From NCBI GenBank assembly GCA_934402395.1, contig CAKRTQ010000012.1, positions 7,751 through 71,750 on the forward strand: 64,000 nt of DNA, written 5' to 3'. The notes beneath the pieces are model-generated. The model made no database searches and had not been told where the DNA came from. It saw only the letters and a program-made list of their open reading frames with translations. This DNA is from an uncultured Eubacteriales bacterium. GTDB lineage: Bacteria; Bacillota; Clostridia; Oscillospirales; CAG-272. Numbering within the stretch: position 1 is the first letter of the stretch; the number at the start of each line of letters is the position of its first letter. Positions 8,931-13,834 of this stretch are shown piece by piece. The translations under genes and the position numbers were made by a program.

Positions 8931-9018
8931 GGGACCTGCCGAAGGCGGGACACCGACTTCGATTTTACGGGTTCAATTCCCGGCGATGCCTTGCTATCAG
9001 AATGAAAGGAGCGGCACA

Positions 9019-10227
9019 ATGATTGAAATCAAAGGAAAGGTAAATACAGCTATCTGTTATGCAGCGGTTGTAGAGGACGAAGCGATCGAACAGATCCGCA
9101 GAATGTGTGACTATGATTTCACAGCAGGATCTCAAATACGGATCATGCCCGATGTACATGCCGGAAAAGGCTGTACGATCGGCACCACTATGACGATCAC
9201 TGATAAAGCGGTTCCCAATATCGTTGGTGTCGATATCGGTTGTGGTATGTATACTGTTGAGCTGGGTAAGGTGGATGTTGATTTTGAAAAAGTCGATGCT
9301 GCCGCTCATTATATTCCCAGCGGAAGAGATGTTTGGGAAGGGCGCATGGAGCGCTTTGACCTGACCGGGCTTCGCTGCTATAGAAACTTGAAACAGGCAA
9401 AGCGCTTGGAGAGGAGCCTGGGGACACTGGGCGGAGGAAACCATTTTATCGAGATTGATACTGCTTCGGATGGCACAAAGTATTTGGTGATCCATTCCGG
9501 CAGTCGTAACCTGGGCAAGCAGGTGGCGGAGTTCTATCAGTCTTTAGCTATCGATTTGAATGCCGGTAAGGCAGATTATTTCGAGCGTCGGGATGAGCTG
9601 ATCCGTACATATAAGGAGCAGGGCCGCAGGGCTGAGATCCAGACCGCATTGAAGGCTATGGAGAAGGAATGGGCGGCAAAAGAGCCGACGATCCCCGCAG
9701 ACCTTTGCTATCTGTACGGAACCTACTTGGATGACTACCTCCACGATGTAGAGATCTGCCAGCAATTTGCAAGGCGCAGCCGTGAAAGAATGGCGGAGAT
9801 CCTTTTGGAAAAGACCGGAATGACTGCGATCTCTTCCTTCCACACCATCCACAATTATATTGATACGAAGGAAATGATCCTCCGCAAAGGCTCTATTGCG
9901 GCTCATTACGGAGAACTTGTCCTGATTCCCATCAATATGCGGGACGGCAGTGTGTTGGCTCGCGGCAAAGGGAATCCGGAATGGAATTATTCAGCCCCGC
10001 ATGGAGCCGGCCGTCTTATGTCTCGTGCAAAGGCACGCGAAACGTTGGATTTAGAGGTGTATAAGAAGACAATGGAGGGTATCTACACAACGTCGGTCAA
10101 TGAAGCCACCATCGATGAAGCACCCATGGCTTACAAGTCGCTTGAAGACATTATCGATGTCATCAGAGAGTCTGTCGATGTGATCGAGTTACTAAAACCT
10201 ATTTACAATTTTAAGGCATCTGAGTGA
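9019..10227 (+). CDS. rtcB: RNA 3'-phosphate/5'-OH ligase RtcB
   Basis: AAAGGAG SD. Family motifs present: IMPDVHAGKGCTIG, GGGNHFIEID, HSGSRNLG, IPINMRDGS, APHGAGR. Length 402 aa. Confidence 0.9.
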   Translation: MIEIKGKVNTAICYAAVVEDEAIEQIRRMCDYDFTAGSQIRIMPDVHAGKGCTIGTTMTITDKAVPNIVGVDIGCGMYTVELGKVDVDFEKVDAAAHYIPSGRDVWEGRMERFDLTGLRCYRNLKQAKRLERSLGTLGGGNHFIEIDTASDGTKYLVIHSGSRNLGKQVAEFYQSLAIDLNAGKADYFERRDELIRTYKEQGRRAEIQTALKAMEKEWAAKEPTIPADLCYLYGTYLDDYLHDVEICQQFARRSRERMAEILLEKTGMTAISSFHTIHNYIDTKEMILRKGSIAAHYGELVLIPINMRDGSVLARGKGNPEWNYSAPHGAGRLMSRAKARETLDLEVYKKTMEGIYTTSVNEATIDEAPMAYKSLEDIIDVIRESVDVIELLKPIYNFKASE

Positions 10228-10264
10228 TAAAACGCTCCTGCGCCGTCTGATTGGAGGAGTTGAA

Positions 10265-10459
10265 ATGTTGAATCGTTTGAAAAATGAGGCGAATATCGCT
10301 TGCACAGAAAATGGCGCAGTTACCAACGCAAGAACACTTAGCATATCTCTGAGTTCGGGCGTTACGATGATCCGGTACAGTCACGCAAGGGAAACCGAGT
10401 GTGGCGGTGTAGGAATAAACGTTTGCATCCTTGGATCCGGTGAGGCTTTATTTATATAA
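10265..10459 (+). pseudogene. short ORF whose first ~25 aa look like the N-terminus of a TROVE/DUF2828-type protein; possible gene remnant
   Basis: Strong GGAGGAG SD lies 5 nt before the ATG. MLNRLKNEANIACTENGAVTNARTLS carries the TENGA-type N-terminal motif, after which similarity is lost in all frames. 64 aa. Confidence 0.3.
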
Positions 10460-10773
10460 ATCCGATGAACGGAAATAATGAAGTCGCACAATATACAGGT
10501 GTGGATCGGCTGATCGGGTTTACATCAATGAAGTATGGACCGGCGGTCGGAGGGAAGTCCCTCTGCGGTCCCGGGCTGAGAAGCTCGGAGGCGGAATGCC
10601 GGTACTGTCAGACGCCCCGATAATTAAATTCACACTGCTTTACACGGTATAGTGTTTGCCGGATGATCCAAAGTCCCGCAATACTATAAATAGAACACGA
10701 TTTGTACGGCTTATTCGCTAATGGGTACTTTAGATTTAAAGAGAATCGGTCTTATGAGTCGTGTTCACTGTAG

Positions 10774-10839
10774 AACGCAGCTAGTAAAGCTTATTTCGCC
10801 GTATGGCTTTTGATCAGATTCAGTTTTACGATCCGCGTT
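10774..10839 (+). ncRNA. candidate structured RNA module 1 (CAGCUAG-helix-CUUAUU type)
   Basis: Outer helix AACGC (10774-78)/GCGTT (10835-39). Conserved AGCTA internal loop. Inner helix GTAAAG (10784-89)/TTTTAC (10824-29). Confidence 0.4.
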
Positions 10840-10845
10840 CGGTAG

Positions 10846-10905
10846 CAGCTAGTGGCGCTTACTGCTTTTAAAGCGTTCTATCAGTTAGAAAAGTGCCGCG
10901 ATTTC
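10846..10905 (+). ncRNA. candidate structured RNA module 2
   Basis: CAGCTAG (10846-52). Inner helix GTGGCG (10852-57)/TGCCGC (10894-99) covaries with modules 1 and 3. The outer helix is not obvious. Confidence 0.35.
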
Positions 10906-10913
10906 GCAAAAAA

Positions 10914-11040
10914 GCAAACAGCTAGCCGGGCTTACTTCTTCAGTAGGATCCGATCGCAGAGGTTCGATTCCTCTCGCTCCAACGGAGTGTAGCTCAGTGG
11001 CAGAGCGTCGGAATGAAATCAGTCCGGCAATTCAGTTTGC
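10914..11040 (+). ncRNA. candidate Y-RNA-like (YrlA-like) RNA: long-range stem enclosing a circularly permuted tRNA-like domain
   Basis: Outer helix GCAAAC/GTTTGC (10914-19/11035-40). Inner helix GCCGGG/TCCGGC (10925-30/11023-28). Cloverleaf core at 10949-11012 has T arm AGAGG-TTCGATT-CCTCT, a loop-closed acceptor CGCTCC-AAC-GGAGTG, TA, D arm GCTC-AGTGGCA-GAGC, and anticodon-stem equivalent TCCGA/TCGGA. Confidence 0.6.
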
Positions 11041-11066
11041 GCATTGTCTTATGGGGAGGAGAAAAA

Positions 11067-13106
11067 ATGTTCGATCAGTATTTCCGGAAATTTTTGTTTT
11101 CCAAGGGGACTTTAGTGAGCAGTGCAACGAGTCCGGATGCATTTGCGGCTCGTTTTGCCCTTGCCAATATGTTCAATATCAGCATTACGCGCGGTCAGCA
11201 GTATGCACATGAGGATATGATCTCTTTTGTTGCTGATATGCTCGGAGAATGCGTTCCGCAGCCTTTTTACCGTAATTTCCCCAAATCCGTAAGAGAACTT
11301 GCCCCCAATCAACTGTTGTTTGATCAGTTGTGCCATTATAGCATTACATACGGACTCGGTAACTTTGCGGAAGCCGGCTACTCTCTCTTTGAGGAAGAGT
11401 TTGAGAGACTTGCTTTTAAGGAAAACGTTGAGATCAAGAAGTTCATAATTCTCACGGAATCGGAGGCGCATGAACGGCTTGCCGAATATGTTGAGGATAT
11501 GCTGAAGGGGACGCGCCCTTTGAGCGATGTGCAGTATGAGCTTGTAAAGACTTATATCGATAAGTGCAGCTACGAGATCAAGAACTGTGCATGCAAGGAT
11601 ACTGCCATACGGCTTTTGCTCGATACCGAAAATGCCAAGTATGCAAGGTTCCTTGCCCTTTCGGATGTTATAAAGCTTGTTGATACCATGAACTACGAGG
11701 GTTATAACAACACGAATATCAAGAAACTGAACCTTCGCAATCAGGACCGCAGATTCATTGCCAGAGTGATCAACGCTATCTTTGATGGCGGTCGCATAAA
11801 TGTCAGAGAGTGTTTTGAAAAGAAAGCGGTCTGGTGCGGGTTGCTTCACCATATTCACTATCACCCCAGGATTCCCGAAGCCGAAAGATTTGTTGCGCTT
11901 ATGCGGGGCAATGAAAACTGGTCGGTGTACTCCGGGTTTGAGCGTGCAATGACGGCTCGTGATATCAGAGCGGCAGTTACCTGCCTTCTTGAAGGCAAGG
12001 GATCCGGTGCGCTTTTCAGACATCTCAACTATATTCTCAGCAGGTGCACGGATGAGGAGGATGTGGCATTTGTTATGGAATCGCTCCATACCAAGAATGC
12101 TGTCGTGCTCATTCAGCTGATCATGCAATATGCGAATTATGTAGCCGATGCCGACCGCAAATTTAAGTTTACACGTTATAATAAGCTCAAGATACATACG
12201 GAAACTGACGAGGAGCAGTCCAAGAGGAAGTCTGCGCTTCCTTCCGAACGGGTGGATGAGCTTTCGGCGGTTATGTTTGCGAATCTCAGGAAGCTTCTCG
12301 CCGGCAGGCTCGGCAAAGTATATGTTGCTTCCGATATGTATAATATTGCGCTTCCTATTCAGGAAAACACCTCTAACGGCGGATATGGCGTTCTTCCCAA
12401 GGGTTCCAGACTCCACATCGAAGAAGGTAAAAAGATCCGCGCATTTACCTATTGGGAAAAGGTAAATGATATTGACCTGAGTGCCATCGGAATTACCGAA
12501 GACGGAAGGCAGGTAGAGTTTTCCTGGAGGAGCATGTTCAAATTGCAGTCCAATGAGATCGCTTTTTCCGGCGATGAAACCGCCGGTTATGGCGGTGGAT
12601 CCGAGTATTTTGACGTTGATGTAGCTCTTTTTAAGAAAAACCACCCCGAAATCAAGTACATGGTTTTCTGCAACAATGTTTTTTCGCGTGCTTACTTTTC
12701 AAAATGCCTGTGCAAAGCCGGTTATATGCTTCGTGATGTTCAGGATTCCGGAGAGGTGTTTGAGCCCAAAACGGTAAAGTCTTCCTTTGTAATCAATTGC
12801 GACAGTACGTTCGCATATCTGTTCGGGATCGATCTTGAAAAGAATGATTTCGTTTGGCTGAATATGTCATTTGGCAACAACGCCACCGTGGCAGGCAGCA
12901 CTTCCATGAAGTTTCTTATTGATTACTTCAAAATCACTTCTGTTATTAACATGGGTATGCTGTTTGAAATGCTTGCGACCGAGATCGTGGAGTCTCCCGC
13001 GAACGCTGACGTAGTGGTGTCCGATGAAGAGCTTGACGGGTGTGAGAATGCCGAGGTGATCAGATCCTGCGATTTTGAGAAGGTAATGGCATTGCTCAGC
13101 CGATGA
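11067..13106 (+). CDS. 679-aa protein: divergent TROVE/Ro60-like helical region fused to a TerD-fold C-terminal domain (tentative)
   Basis: GGGGAGGAG SD. TROVE-like strings: FEKKAVWCGLLHHIHYHP, and GSGALFRHLNYILSR (compare the Ro ALLRNL segment). The C-terminus LPKGSRLHIEEG..WEKVNDIDLSAIGITEDGRQVEFSW...FSGDETAGYGGGSEYFDVDV...IKYMVFCNNVFS matches the TerD pattern (DLDxSA...SGDNxTGEGxGDDE...). The coding call is secure; the function is inferred. Confidence 0.85.
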   Translation: MFDQYFRKFLFSKGTLVSSATSPDAFAARFALANMFNISITRGQQYAHEDMISFVADMLGECVPQPFYRNFPKSVRELAPNQLLFDQLCHYSITYGLGNFAEAGYSLFEEEFERLAFKENVEIKKFIILTESEAHERLAEYVEDMLKGTRPLSDVQYELVKTYIDKCSYEIKNCACKDTAIRLLLDTENAKYARFLALSDVIKLVDTMNYEGYNNTNIKKLNLRNQDRRFIARVINAIFDGGRINVRECFEKKAVWCGLLHHIHYHPRIPEAERFVALMRGNENWSVYSGFERAMTARDIRAAVTCLLEGKGSGALFRHLNYILSRCTDEEDVAFVMESLHTKNAVVLIQLIMQYANYVADADRKFKFTRYNKLKIHTETDEEQSKRKSALPSERVDELSAVMFANLRKLLAGRLGKVYVASDMYNIALPIQENTSNGGYGVLPKGSRLHIEEGKKIRAFTYWEKVNDIDLSAIGITEDGRQVEFSWRSMFKLQSNEIAFSGDETAGYGGGSEYFDVDVALFKKNHPEIKYMVFCNNVFSRAYFSKCLCKAGYMLRDVQDSGEVFEPKTVKSSFVINCDSTFAYLFGIDLEKNDFVWLNMSFGNNATVAGSTSMKFLIDYFKITSVINMGMLFEMLATEIVESPANADVVVSDEELDGCENAEVIRSCDFEKVMALLSR

Positions 13107-13207
13107 AAGCCTTCTGCTTGACGAAAAGCAGGTGCGACTGCATCCGGGGAATAAACAGGGCTTGGGTTCAGAACATACCCGGTAGCTGAAAAAACAAATA
13201 TGCATCT

Positions 13208-13248
13208 GCGGGGTACTAAAAACTCAAAATGAGTTTTTAGTACCCCGC
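13208..13248. terminator. long perfect hairpin (19-bp stem) of the AAAAACTCA/TGAGTTTTT-apex family
   Basis: GCGGGGTACTAAAAACTCA-AAA-TGAGTTTTTAGTACCCCGC. Confidence 0.6.
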
Positions 13249-13254
13249 AAAAAT

Positions 13255-13295
13255 AGCGGCTGTAAAAAAACTCATTTGAGTTTTTTACGGCCGCT
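13255..13295 (+). terminator. second hairpin of the same family, followed by a T-tract; terminator of the rtcB-TROVE unit
   Basis: AGCGGCTGTAAAAAAACTC-ATTT-GAGTTTTTTACGGCCGCT followed by ATTTTTTG. Confidence 0.65.
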
Positions 13296-13471
13296 ATTTT
13301 TTGACTGTGATCCGAAAAGCCCGGAGCTTATGGACTGTTCGGTTTTTCTGTGAAATGATCGTTTTTTCCGATCTTTACCCAACCGCGCGATGCTTTTGCG
13401 TGTCATAAAAACAGAACGGCACGCTGTAAAGTGCCGCATATCAACCTTGCCGGGCAGGTCAACGTTCAACA

Positions 13472-13834
13472 ATGAAAGATTTAAAATTATACAGCTCAGA
13501 CTTTTATTCATACACAAAAATGCTTTTGAGCGGGAACACATTCCGTATCATGATATCCAAGCGTCTGCTGATGCGTCCGCTGATCCCCGCGTGGGTATTC
13601 CTCTTTTTCATTATGATGATCCCCGGCAAGGTGTTTTTCTGGATAGCCGGATTTCCGTGTTTAGGGCTGTATGCCGTTTTTTTGCTCGGTAACTACCCGT
13701 ATTGGGAAGCTTGCAGCGTAAAGAAGCTGCCTTTTGTTTTGTGGAATGCGATCTGGGTCCTGTTTTTGAAGCTGATGACGATACCGGTGCTGAATTTGTT
13801 GGAGGTGATCATAAAGTGGACTTTTTATATATGA
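13472..13834 (+). CDS. small hydrophobic membrane protein (hypothetical)
   Basis: 120 aa with 3 hydrophobic segments. The 3' end overlaps the start of the next gene. SD is weak. Confidence 0.4.
   Translation: MKDLKLYSSDFYSYTKMLLSGNTFRIMISKRLLMRPLIPAWVFLFFIMMIPGKVFFWIAGFPCLGLYAVFLLGNYPYWEACSVKKLPFVLWNAIWVLFLKLMTIPVLNLLEVIIKWTFYI

Noticed and set aside
8968-8990. tRNA 3'-end fragment as an attachment-site scar of the upstream accessory DNA
   Set aside because: Only a 4-bp T-stem plus T-loop is recognisable. No matching direct repeat was found elsewhere in the window and no integrase is nearby. It is kept only as part of the rtcB-leader finding.
8792-9495. Minus-strand ORFs 8792-9019 and 8965-9495 overlapping the rtcB leader and 5' end
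   Set aside because: They have no SD, overlap the well-supported rtcB gene and promoter, and give low-complexity products.
10549-10575. RNase P RNA-like string GGAGGGAAGTCCCTC...CCGGGC
   Set aside because: It only superficially resembles the GAGGAAAGUCCGGGC P4 region. The local sequence forms a simple self-contained hairpin, and the rest of the RNase P architecture is absent.
10958-11012. A genuine (decoding) tRNA gene or a split/permuted tRNA gene matured by RtcB
   Set aside because: There is no anticodon loop at all. The acceptor stem is closed by only 3 nt, with no discriminator or CCA, and the chain continues into further helices on both sides. This fits a tRNA mimic (YrlA-like), not a tRNA precursor. 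I could not run tRNAscan-SE.
10265-11066. Group I or group II intron interrupting a single TROVE gene (exon 1 = 64-aa ORF start, exon 2 = 679-aa ORF)
   Set aside because: The 679-aa ORF has its own strong SD and ATG and its own degenerate copy of the N-terminal motif. I saw no GUGYG 5' end, no domain V-like hairpin and no recognisable P3-P7 core. A gene-remnant explanation is simpler. This is not formally excluded without cmscan.
11112-12644. 510-aa ORF antisense to the TROVE-like/TerD-like gene
   Set aside because: It is codon-aligned with the plus-strand CDS: both frames start at positions divisible by 3. It therefore stays open simply because the sense gene avoids TTA/CTA/TCA codons. It has no SD and no recognisable motif, whereas the plus-strand product has a strong SD and TerD-like motifs.
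12400-13106. TerD-like domain as part of a tellurite-resistance (terZABCDEF) cluster
   Set aside because: No other ter genes, TerC membrane protein or TerY/vWA-kinase-phosphatase triad are nearby. The domain is fused to a different N-terminal region and sits in an rtcB context.
13272-13692. ORFs 13272-13541(-) and 13390-13692(+) in the spacer after the double hairpin
   Set aside because: They are short, basic, low-complexity products with no SD. They overlap the terminator hairpins and the better-supported hydrophobic ORF at 13472-13834.
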